Shown: positions 9,992 to 18,175, counted from the first letter of the stretch. The stretch is 64,000 nt of DNA from Nannocystales bacterium (GCA_050633305.1 JBOEGF010000022.1:32001-96000), one strand, 5' to 3'. The notes: generated by a model not told the origin, from the letters alone. Numbers and translations are program-made.

Positions 9992-12960
9992 AACGCCGGT
10001 GGCTGCTGGCGCTGGGCCTTGGATGGTTCGTGTGGGCGCCCCGAGCGGATGCGGCTCCGCCCCCGGGCCCGGATTCGGCCGTGCTTCCGTCGCTCGACGG
10101 CGATCTTCCGCCGCCTCCAACCGACGAGCCTGGGGCGGAGACGGGCCTCGACGAACCCCCCGAACCCACGGAGGAAGAAAAACTCGCCGCCCGCATGAAG
10201 GAGTTTGACGACCATGTCGGCCGAGGGCAGAGCGCCGTGGCCAAGGAGCGATACGACGAGGCGATCCGGGAGTACAGCGCGGCACTTCGGATCCTCCCGG
10301 GCGACGCGTCCGCGCTGCTGGGCAAGGCGAAAGCGCATCGTGGTCGAACGGCTGAGGGCCGATGTCCCAGGCTCGCGATCCGCAACATCCTCGATATCGA
10401 ACGCAACGACCCCAAGGGCATCTGGCTCGAACAGCGCTCGGTGTTGATCGACTGGATGAGCGATTGCGGGGCCCGATACGCAACGCGGCAGCTTCGGCTC
10501 GCGCGCCAACTCGCAGGAGAGGAACCCGGTGCGAGTGGGCGTGATGACGACATCCGGCTCACGTTGGCCAAGCTCGAGTTCGCGTACGGCTCCGATCGAG
10601 GGACGCCAGAGGAACTCTCCGAGCGACGCAAAGCTGGGTTGGCAGTTCTGAGTCTGTACGTGACGGAGTGCGAAGAACAGGAGCGCAAGCCGACGGCCGA
10701 GGCGGTGTGCTTGATGGCGCAGTGGTACCGCGAAGAGGATGACCTGACGCGCTCCGCGGAGCTGTATGCGGAGCTCGATCGCCGCTACTCGGGGGCCGAA
10801 TGTGCGAAGGACGCCGGGAAAATCCTGGAAGAGATCGAATTTGAGTCCGAGCTCCGCAAGCTCGACGAGACGCAAGGATTCAGGCCATCGGCGGCCGCGG
10901 AAGCCTCCTACAACGCCGGCGTGCTCGCCTTGCGAAAGGGCAACTACGAGACCGCAGAGCACCGGCTTAGTGAGGCCATCGAGGAGAGCCCGTGGTTCCC
11001 CAGTGCCTACTACTCCCGCGGGGTGGCGCGGGCCCGGTTGGACAAGCTCATGCCGGCGGTCGATGACATCAACCGCTCGATCCGGATGGACCGGTCCGAC
11101 TACCACGCCCACATGACGTTGGGGCTGATCTACAAGAAGGAGTTCGCGGGTGCCGAGGACGACGAGGCGATCAAGCACCTCTCTTCTGCGTTGCGCTTGC
11201 GGCCCGACCTCACCCGTCTGCATCTGTTGCTGGGCGAACTCTACGCTCGCACCGACCGCGAGAAGGCGCGGGAGCACTACCAGCGCTTCATTCAGCTGAC
11301 CGAACTCGAGGATCCGGAGGCTCGCAAGGCTCGCAAGGCTCTGGAGGACCTCGAGCGGGAGATTCGCAAAGAAGACCCGCTTCCTATGCCACCCCCGGCC
11401 GAGGAGAGTCTTCGCTTTCTCGATCCTGGTGTGCAGCGGGTCATCAACGAAGCGTATCTGCGCGGCACCGAGCATCAAGACTGGCAGATGGCGGAGAAGA
11501 TCCTCGCGCAGGCGCGCGAGAGCTTTCCAAATCAGCCGGTCATCCTCAACGAGTTGGCGCGGGTGGTCTATCACCAGGAACGCTATGGGGACGCGCGTGC
11601 CTACTGGGAGCAGAGCCTGCAGGAACTCGAGAACCAGGTCGAGGTTCACGAGCGCCTCGGTCTGCTGCTGCGCGAGGACTTGGCCGACGAGGCCATCCCG
11701 CATCTTCGGCGGGCTGCCGACCTCGGCTCCCTGACGGCTCGCTTCGCACTGGCGGAGCTGCTCTGGGAGCAGACCAAGCCCCTCGAGGCGCGCGAGCAGA
11801 TCGAGCGCTACCTGGCGGAAGGGAGCGACTACGACCTCTACTGGGATCGAGCCCAGGACCTCCACAACGAAATCGAGAGCCGGTTCTTCCAGGCCTACCT
11901 GGGGTTGGCCTTGTTGCTGACGCTGATGATCGCCTTCCCGGCCTGGCGGGTGTATCGGCACTACCGCGGGGCGTCCTTGGAGCAGCTTCTCGACCGGGCG
12001 CCGAAGAGCTATCCCGAGGTCGCGCGGGTGCTGTCGTTGATCCGGCACGAGATTCTCAAGCACAACACCGCGTTCCTCGCGGATGTCGCGAGGGCGCTGG
12101 AGTACTCGTCTCCCGATGCCGATGTGCGGGCCGAAGTCCTGGGCCGTCGTCTGTTTGGTGAGGCGCTGGCGCGACGGGGTCGCTCCAAGCGCGGACGCCC
12201 CCTCGAGGGCATCTACGGTCGGTTTCACGGGTACCTGGATGAGTTGGACCAGGTGGGCCGCGCTCACCAGGTCACGCTCAACCTCCATCGCAAGGACCCA
12301 ACGTTTCGCCCGATGATCGCCGCGTTTGACGACCTGGCACATTGGGGGACCGCGCTGAGCCGCACGCCGATGCTCTCCGCGGCGAAGCGGGCCGAGCTCG
12401 CCAAGACGCTCGGCCGCTGCGGACATGTCCTGGGCCGCAAGGCGTTCGAACGCCTCAGTGGGCTCATCCAGCAGCTGTGTGTCACCACCGTCGACCCTTC
12501 GTTGGTCGAGACCTGCTACGCGCAGGTCAAGGGCGAGAAGCAGTTCGCCGGGCTCGAGTTGGGACCGGTCCTCGTGGAGGGCGAGGCAGCACCGGTTCGC
12601 ATCTTCCGGACCGACCTCGACGATATCCTCGCCAACGTGATGCGCAACTCGTTGCGCTCGAGCGTGCAGTACGCCGAGCCCCCCGTCGGCCTCGGTGTGA
12701 CGCTGCAGATCGAGATCGATGAGATCACCGGGTTGGGGTCGCTGGCGATCCGCATCAAGGACCGCAGTCCCGAGCCGCTCACCAATGAGATGCTTCGGGG
12801 GAGGTACGTGGAGCGCGGAATGGGGATCACGGTCGACCTGCTCTCGCGTTATGATGGCGCCATCGGAGTCGAGACCGAACCGGGGTGGAGCAAGGCCGTC
12901 GTGCTGCGGTTCTTCACCGTCGAGCAGGATGCGATTCCGTTGCCTGAGGCCGCTCAATGA
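9988..12960 (+). CDS. Signal peptide + TPR array + TM + divergent histidine-kinase (DHp/HATPase-like) protein
   Basis: MKRRWLLALGLGWFVWAPRADA; many TPRs; TM LGLALLLTLMIAFPAW; IRHEILKHN (H-box), LANVMRNS (N-box), IKDRSPE (degenerate G1) and RGMGITVDLL...YDGAIGVE (G2-like). Confidence 0.8.
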   Translation: MKRRWLLALGLGWFVWAPRADAAPPPGPDSAVLPSLDGDLPPPPTDEPGAETGLDEPPEPTEEEKLAARMKEFDDHVGRGQSAVAKERYDEAIREYSAALRILPGDASALLGKAKAHRGRTAEGRCPRLAIRNILDIERNDPKGIWLEQRSVLIDWMSDCGARYATRQLRLARQLAGEEPGASGRDDDIRLTLAKLEFAYGSDRGTPEELSERRKAGLAVLSLYVTECEEQERKPTAEAVCLMAQWYREEDDLTRSAELYAELDRRYSGAECAKDAGKILEEIEFESELRKLDETQGFRPSAAAEASYNAGVLALRKGNYETAEHRLSEAIEESPWFPSAYYSRGVARARLDKLMPAVDDINRSIRMDRSDYHAHMTLGLIYKKEFAGAEDDEAIKHLSSALRLRPDLTRLHLLLGELYARTDREKAREHYQRFIQLTELEDPEARKARKALEDLEREIRKEDPLPMPPPAEESLRFLDPGVQRVINEAYLRGTEHQDWQMAEKILAQARESFPNQPVILNELARVVYHQERYGDARAYWEQSLQELENQVEVHERLGLLLREDLADEAIPHLRRAADLGSLTARFALAELLWEQTKPLEAREQIERYLAEGSDYDLYWDRAQDLHNEIESRFFQAYLGLALLLTLMIAFPAWRVYRHYRGASLEQLLDRAPKSYPEVARVLSLIRHEILKHNTAFLADVARALEYSSPDADVRAEVLGRRLFGEALARRGRSKRGRPLEGIYGRFHGYLDELDQVGRAHQVTLNLHRKDPTFRPMIAAFDDLAHWGTALSRTPMLSAAKRAELAKTLGRCGHVLGRKAFERLSGLIQQLCVTTVDPSLVETCYAQVKGEKQFAGLELGPVLVEGEAAPVRIFRTDLDDILANVMRNSLRSSVQYAEPPVGLGVTLQIEIDEITGLGSLAIRIKDRSPEPLTNEMLRGRYVERGMGITVDLLSRYDGAIGVETEPGWSKAVVLRFFTVEQDAIPLPEAAQ

Positions 12961-13424
12961 ACGCTCCGCCTGTGGACATCGTCGTCGTGGAGGACGGCGA
13001 CGAGTACATCACCAACCTCACCACGTTCGTGGCGCAGGGCATGCAGTACCGCCAGGCGAAGAGCGGTATGCAGGCATGCCACCTGATCGCGCAGCGTGCT
13101 CCGGCCCTCGTCTATCTCGACATGCGATTCGACCGCATTCCCGAGGAGGAACTGCTTGGCGACATCGCGCAGTTGACCGCTCGTTTCAACGGGGACGTTT
13201 CACGGGCACGCCGGTTCCAACAGGACAACCAGGGGTTGTTCGTGCTGCGCGCGATTCGTGACGCTGGCTTCGTCGGTGCAGTCATTCTCAGCTACGACTT
13301 CTCGGCCGAAGAGCGTCGATTCGCCGCGCTCAAGGCCCGCGATCCGGGGCTTCACTACTGTCCCGACTACGCCGATGCCAACACCATCCGCGCCACCATC
13401 CTCGAAGCCGTGGGCCGGGCCTGA
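12957..13424 (+). CDS. Stand-alone atypical receiver-domain protein
   Basis: IVVVEDG, LVYLDM and VILSYD; ATGA overlap with the kinase; lacks the conserved beta5 Lys. Confidence 0.75.
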   Translation: MNAPPVDIVVVEDGDEYITNLTTFVAQGMQYRQAKSGMQACHLIAQRAPALVYLDMRFDRIPEEELLGDIAQLTARFNGDVSRARRFQQDNQGLFVLRAIRDAGFVGAVILSYDFSAEERRFAALKARDPGLHYCPDYADANTIRATILEAVGRA

Positions 13425-13436
13425 TACGGTTCGCCC

Positions 13437-13832
13437 GTGTCCGAAGTCTCCGAAGCGCCCTCCGCGTGGCTCGTGGCGATTCGCCAGATGGCGATGCCTG
13501 CGGACACCAACGCCCATGGCACGATCTTTGGGGGCTTGATCCTCAGCCTCATCGACCAGGCGGGGGCGATCGCCGCGCAGAGCTCGGGTGCGAGCAAGGT
13601 CGTCACCGTGGCGATGGACAAGATCGTGTTCCACGAGCCTGTGCACGTCGGCGACCTCATCACGTGTCATGCTCGGGTCATCAAGCGCGGGCGGACCTCC
13701 ATGACGGTATGCGTGAAGGTCGAGTCGGAAGCACCGAGCGCCCTCGCGAAGCAGATCGAGCCTCGTCAGGTGACGCAGGCGGAGGTCGTCTACGTGCAGG
13801 TCGACGATCACGGTCGGCCCTTGCCGATCTAG
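13437..13832 (+). CDS. Acyl-CoA thioesterase (hotdog fold, YciA-like)
   Basis: AMPADTNAHGTIFGG, IDQAG, VVTVAMD, FHEPVHVGD and GRTSM. Confidence 0.92.
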   Translation: MSEVSEAPSAWLVAIRQMAMPADTNAHGTIFGGLILSLIDQAGAIAAQSSGASKVVTVAMDKIVFHEPVHVGDLITCHARVIKRGRTSMTVCVKVESEAPSALAKQIEPRQVTQAEVVYVQVDDHGRPLPI

Positions 13833-14019
13833 TGTGTCTCCGTAGAGGGGACTTCGCAGTCCCAAAACTTCGGGCGCGGAGCCCCCGAAGCTTTGCCGCC
13901 CAGGCGGTCGCCCTGTCGGGCTTGCTGGGTCTGGCATGGAGGGGAACTCGGGGGGTCCGCGGGGCTTTCGCGCAAGATCGGCGGGCGGAGGGGTGGGGGA
14001 GGCTGCTAGCCTTCCGCGC

Positions 14020-14220
14020 ATGACGATGCTTCGTTCGACTCTGCTTGCGACGCTTGCGTTTGCTGTCGCGTCCCCGACCCTCGTTGCTTGCGCTGAGAAG
14101 CCCGGCGCGAAGAAGAAGGAAGACGACAAGGACAAGAAGGACGACAAGAAGAAGGAAGGCGATAAGAAAGACGACAAGAAGAAAGACGACAAGAAGAAAG
14201 ACGACAAGAAGCCGTCCTAA
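14020..14220 (+). CDS. Small Lys/Asp-rich lipoprotein
   Basis: MTMLRSTLLATLAFAVASPTLVAC lipobox followed by KKDDK repeats; three exact AAAGACGACAAGAAG units at 14167-14211. Confidence 0.75.
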   Translation: MTMLRSTLLATLAFAVASPTLVACAEKPGAKKKEDDKDKKDDKKKEGDKKDDKKKDDKKKDDKKPS

Positions 14221-14238
14221 GGTCGGGGGGTCGAGCAG

Positions 14239-15174
14239 ATGCGGCTTCCCCTTCGGCACGCGCCTCCTGGCGTCGACACTCCGCTGCGACGCTGCGCGCA
14301 CCTTGAAGCGCTCGTCGAGGGTGCGATGGGGCTTCCGCTGGGCCCGGCGGCCCGAGCGTTGTCATCGAGGCGCTCTCGCGGTCGCCACGGGAACGCCCTC
14401 CAGTGGCACCTCGGGCTCGATGCTCACGACGGGGACGCCCAGCTCGACTGGGAAGATCGTATCGAGATCAAGCTGGTGTCGGTTTGGCGCCGGGGCCGGG
14501 GTGCGGACGCTCGGGTCGGCTGTGACAAGCTCAAGGTGTGCGACGTTGGCGTGGACCCGTGGCACAAGCTCGGCAACGTCATGTGGGTGTTCGCGGACCG
14601 TGTGACCCGAACTGTTGTGGGCGCTCTGCAGACCACGCTCAGTGGGGAGCTGAGAACGCGGCTTTCGACCGCCTGGGAGCAGGACCCGCACTTCGAGCAC
14701 CCGATGCTGTTCGTCGAAGCCCGCGAACACGCCGGCAAATCGGCGCCGGCCTACTACCTTGCGGCCCGATGGTTTGAGACGGAGCGGCTGCTTCCCGATC
14801 CGATCCCGGCGATCCAACCGTTCGACTCCACCTGGTGGAGTGCCGCCCGCAACCGTCATGGCCGCGATCCCTGGCTCACTGTGGTCGATGGGTCGTGCGA
14901 CACCGTGCAGTGCCCGCGCTGTGGAGGTCCGATCTCGTTCGACTCCGAGACCCTGCGCAGAGATGGATTCGCCCCGGCCCGCCACGGAATGCCGGCGGAC
15001 GGCCCCTGTTTGGCACGGGCACACGCGGTCGTGGACGTTCACACTGTGGCCCCCTCGGAGACGTTCGATGCCCAGACGGTCTGCGCGGGCATCGAGTCCC
15101 GGCTCCCGGAGGAACAGTTGGACCGGCTCACAAACAGGGTCGCCGAACCGGCCGACCATCTCCACGGCGCGTGA
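14239..15174 (+). CDS. MutH/Sau3AI-like PD-(D/E)xK endonuclease with C-terminal Cys/His zinc-binding extension
   Basis: RGRHGNALQWHLG...LDWEDRIEIKL...HKLGNVMW...RLSTAWEQ parallels E. coli MutH, recalled from memory as KGWIGVLLEIWLG...QDFAALGVELKT...HKLKRVLW...QLREDWEE. The C-terminus has CPRC...C...H. Confidence 0.65.
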   Translation: MRLPLRHAPPGVDTPLRRCAHLEALVEGAMGLPLGPAARALSSRRSRGRHGNALQWHLGLDAHDGDAQLDWEDRIEIKLVSVWRRGRGADARVGCDKLKVCDVGVDPWHKLGNVMWVFADRVTRTVVGALQTTLSGELRTRLSTAWEQDPHFEHPMLFVEAREHAGKSAPAYYLAARWFETERLLPDPIPAIQPFDSTWWSAARNRHGRDPWLTVVDGSCDTVQCPRCGGPISFDSETLRRDGFAPARHGMPADGPCLARAHAVVDVHTVAPSETFDAQTVCAGIESRLPEEQLDRLTNRVAEPADHLHGA

Positions 15175-15235
15175 GCGTCTGAAGTCGCGGGCCGTTCGCA
15201 CTCGCGGGCCGGCGAGGCCTCACGCGGTCAACACG

Positions 15236-15274
15236 AAAAACCCGAAGTCACGGACCAGGTGACCTCGGGCTTTT
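15236..15274 (-). terminator. Intrinsic terminator, best on the minus strand, possibly bidirectional
   Basis: Minus-strand RNA CCCGAGGUCAC-CUGGUCC-GUGACUUCGGG-UUUUU: 11-bp stem with one G.U pair (an A.C mismatch on plus). The plus strand has CTTTT after the stem. Confidence 0.8.
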
Positions 15275-15758
15275 CCTGACGTGGCGCCCCGTCGGAGCAG
15301 GCCACAGCATCCAAAGCTGTATGTTCATCGCGGCAACCGCGCTGGATTGCCCACGCGGTCTGGCCCCCCAGCACCGCGCTCAAGTGCGTCCGATAGAACG
15401 GGACGACCGCTCCAGATCAGACTCAAGCTACGCGAAGAAAGCTAGACACCGTGGAAGGCTCGCGTATCGCCTTCCGTCAAATCAAGGCCCGGACTAAGGG
15501 GAAACTCGGGAAAACCCGGGAAATCTAACGAAAACCCAAACGAAGACAAGGACAAGAGAAGCTAGGGCAAGAACAGGTTCAAGTCAGGAAGAAGGGACCA
15601 AGCTAGAGATCGTTCGCAAAACTCGCAAAAAAAGCCATCGAGCAAATCAAGCGGTCAGTCCAGTCGAAGCCAAGGCTAGAACAAGGAGGAAGCTAAGAAG
15701 AAAGGGCGAAGCCAGAGGTGAAAGCCAAGAAGAGTAAGTCAGGCTCAAGCTTCACCTC
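15236..15758 (-). ncRNA. Candidate ~520-nt sigma54-dependent non-coding RNA with pyrimidine-rich repetitive body and structured 3' part
   Basis: No ORF of 60 aa or more spans it; bounded by a -24/-12 promoter and a terminator; about 50% GC with extreme strand skew (51 A vs 9 T in 15481-15600); several hairpins. Confidence 0.55.
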
Positions 15759-15765
15759 CCCCATG

Positions 15766-15782
15766 TGCACGGGCTGGGCCAA
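15766..15782 (-). promoter_or_regulatory. Sigma54 (-24/-12) promoter
   Basis: Minus strand TTGGCCCAGCCCGTGCA has exact GG-N10-GC spacing; predicted +1 near 15755. Confidence 0.6.
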
Positions 15783-15787
15783 AATGG

Positions 15788-15821
15788 CAATGTGTTGAAA
15801 TCACTTGCTTTGCATATTTTT
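15788..15821 (-). promoter_or_regulatory. IHF-like site with upstream A-tract
   Basis: Minus strand TTTCAACACATTG (15800-15788) matches WATCAANNNNTTR with one mismatch, preceded by AAAAATATGCAAAG. Confidence 0.45.
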
Positions 15822-16058
15822 CGTGTAGGGGAATTGCTGAGTTCGGACCCGCAGGTATGACAAAAAAGTCCGGGTCGGGCGGGCAACCGCCGTTGTCGCC
15901 ATGACATCGATGTCGTGCGTGACCCCGGATGACGAATCGGCACGGAGATCAGCCCGAGCCGACAGAGCGTCCTGAACGACTGGTTTCGATGCGCGGCGAT
16001 GGATCGGGCTCCACCGGACGGGCCGGGTTCGTGCTAATCCGTCGGCGCGTTCCGGTCG

Positions 16059-16895
16059 ATGAACGACGACGAACCTCCGAATCCGAAGCCTCCTCGTGCT
16101 GTCCTCAAATTTGGCGGGGAGGTTGTTGCAGATACCGCGGCGCTGGTCCGCGTCCTCGATGAAGTACGTGCGCTCATCGCCGACGGATGGAGCTTCGTCC
16201 TCGTCCACGGCGGCGGCCCACAATCCAACGACCACGCCGCCGCGCTCGGCCTCGAGGTTCAGAAGGTCGCAGGGCGACGCGTGACTGACGGTGCGACGCT
16301 CGAAGTGGCCAAACAGATTCTCGCAGGCGCCGTGAACGTAGACGTTGTCGCGACCGCAAGAGCCCGTGGTGTTCGTGCCGTGGGTCTCGCCGGAGTCAGC
16401 CTCCTCACAGCGACCCGACGTGCCGCGGAGGTGGTCGAGGGAGAACCGGTCGACTGGGGGTTCGTCGGTGAAGTGGCGGGGGTCGACACGGCACTTGTTG
16501 AACTGTTGTGGGCTGATGGACGTACCCCCGTGCTCGCTCCGCTCGCTGCGGATTCCAATGGACAGGCCTACAACATCAACGCTGACACGGTCGCATCCGC
16601 GATCGCGGCGGCTGTCCACGCGGACCACCTCTTTCTCATGACTGCAGCAGGCGGCGTGCTCGGGGACATCACAGACCCCGACACTCGAATCCCCACCCTC
16701 ACGCCCACCGAAGCTCGGGACGCGATCGCCACGGGCGTCATCGCGGGCGGGATGATTCCAAAGGTTGCCGATGCGCTCGACCAGCTCGAGCGCGGCATCG
16801 GCGTCGTGCACATCCTGGGCGCCTGTTCGTTGCGCGCGGCCGCGAATGACCCCGGGTGTGTCGGGACGGCGATCGCGTCAAAGGAACTGCGATGA
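16059..16895 (+). CDS. argB: Acetylglutamate kinase
   Basis: VLKFGG, VLVHGGGPQ, GRRVTD, GFVGEV, YNINAD and GGMIPKV. Confidence 0.92.
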   Translation: MNDDEPPNPKPPRAVLKFGGEVVADTAALVRVLDEVRALIADGWSFVLVHGGGPQSNDHAAALGLEVQKVAGRRVTDGATLEVAKQILAGAVNVDVVATARARGVRAVGLAGVSLLTATRRAAEVVEGEPVDWGFVGEVAGVDTALVELLWADGRTPVLAPLAADSNGQAYNINADTVASAIAAAVHADHLFLMTAAGGVLGDITDPDTRIPTLTPTEARDAIATGVIAGGMIPKVADALDQLERGIGVVHILGACSLRAAANDPGCVGTAIASKELR

Positions 16896-18175
16896 GCGAA
16901 GCCGACATCCTCGCCTTGCTGACGATCGTGCTTTGCCTGGGCGGCAGCATGTTCTTCTCGGGTTCCGAGACCGCGGTGACTTCGCTGGGAGAGCACCAGG
17001 CGGCCAAGATTCTCGAAGACGGGGGCCGTGACGCGCGCACCGTGTCGAGCTGGGTGAAATCGCCGGTGAAGGTTCTCTCTACGATCCTCGTGGGGAACAA
17101 CATCACCAACACGCTGATGGGCGCGATGGCGACGGCCCTGGCCATCGAGCATCTCGAAGGTGGCGCCTGGGGAGACTGGGCGGTCCCGGTTGCGGTGTTT
17201 GTCACCACGGTCTTGTTGCTGGTCTTCGGGGAGATTTTCCCAAAAGCGGTCGGCCGGGCGTACTCGCACAAGCTCGCGCTTCCTCTGCTTTCCGTGCTCA
17301 ACGTTCTGGGCCGGGTGCTCTCTCCGGTGGTGTGGACGCTGACGAAGCTGACCAACTGGATGCTCGCTCGGACGGTGTCCGGAGAGCACGGGCACAGCAA
17401 GGTCACCTCCGACGACCTCGACTTCTTGGTCAAGGTTGGTCAGCGAGAGGGCACCATCGCGGCCGACCAAGCCGAGCTGCTGCGCGGCATCTTTCGCTTC
17501 GATGACAAGATCGTGCGCGACATCATGGTGCCGCAGCGCGACGTGACCGCGATCGACTTCGACTGGGACGTCGAGCGGGTGGTCGAAGTGGCTCGTCACT
17601 CGGGCCACTCACGCATGCCCGTGTTCGAAGGCGATCTCGACTCGATCAAGGGCGTGCTCCACATCAAGTCCCTCATCGGGCAACACGATGCCGGTCGCGA
17701 AAAGGTGGAGCAGGCGATGCGCTCGCCGTTGTTCGTCGCCGAGAGCCTGCTGATCTCCGACCTGCTCCAGCGGTTCAAAGAGGAGCGCAAGCACCTCGCG
17801 ATCGTGGTGGACGACGGGGGCCACACGGTCGGGGTGGTCACGCTCGAGGACGTGCTGGAGCAGATCGTGGGCAAGATCTTTGACGAGAGCGACCAGGCAC
17901 CCTCGGCTGCGCTCGACCACCTCGGGGTCTGTTATCTCGACGGGACCGCCAGTCTCCGCAATGTGGAGGAGACCTTCGACATGGAGTTCGAAGAACTCGA
18001 CGGTGTCGACTCGGTGGGCGACCTGCTCACGCAACTCGCCGGACAGATTCCCATCGCGGGTTCGGTCGTGGTGTTCGAGAACCTTCGGTTCAAGATCCTG
18101 GCCGCCAACGACCGTCGCGTCATTCGAGTCAGCGTCGAGGCGGTCGAACTCGACGAGCACTCCAGCGACTCGTAG
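16892..18175 (+). CDS. Hemolysin/CNNM (DUF21)-CBS-CorC transporter family protein
   Basis: FFSGSETA, TILVGNN, FGEIFPK, HSRMPV, AIVVDDGG..GVVTLEDVLEQIVG and a CorC-like tail. Start at ATG 16892. Confidence 0.9.
   Translation: MSEADILALLTIVLCLGGSMFFSGSETAVTSLGEHQAAKILEDGGRDARTVSSWVKSPVKVLSTILVGNNITNTLMGAMATALAIEHLEGGAWGDWAVPVAVFVTTVLLLVFGEIFPKAVGRAYSHKLALPLLSVLNVLGRVLSPVVWTLTKLTNWMLARTVSGEHGHSKVTSDDLDFLVKVGQREGTIAADQAELLRGIFRFDDKIVRDIMVPQRDVTAIDFDWDVERVVEVARHSGHSRMPVFEGDLDSIKGVLHIKSLIGQHDAGREKVEQAMRSPLFVAESLLISDLLQRFKEERKHLAIVVDDGGHTVGVVTLEDVLEQIVGKIFDESDQAPSAALDHLGVCYLDGTASLRNVEETFDMEFEELDGVDSVGDLLTQLAGQIPIAGSVVVFENLRFKILAANDRRVIRVSVEAVELDEHSSDS

Noticed and set aside
9505..12957. Very long antisense ORFs (9505-12957 -, also 35114-37867 -, 18669-20600 +, 23181-24977 +, 41071-42795 -)
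   Set aside because: They mirror real genes on the opposite strand. High-GC codon bias suppresses antisense stops, and the translations show no recognisable motifs.
13833..14019. Hairpins in intergenic gaps (13833-14019, also 54018-54199)
   Set aside because: Short GC-rich stems without a U-tract or recognisable riboswitch consensus; expected by chance.
15236..15758. Identification as tmRNA, RNase P RNA, 6S, SRP or Pxr
   Set aside because: No tRNA-like ends or RNase P/SRP consensus visible; length and composition do not fit what I recall of these RNAs.
15421..15760. CRISPR or other periodic guide array next to the MutH-like nuclease
   Set aside because: Repeated motifs are only 6-8 nt with irregular spacing; no constant repeat-spacer period and no cas-like genes.
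15603..15764. Short minus-strand peptides (MGEVKLEPDLLFLAFTSGFALSS; MAFFASFANDL)
   Set aside because: The first ATG lies upstream of the predicted +1, and the second is 11 aa with no evident RBS. They cannot be fully excluded without ribosome profiling.
15785..15801. Plus-strand TGGCAATGTGTTG as a sigma54 promoter for argB
   Set aside because: No GC at the required GG-N10 position.
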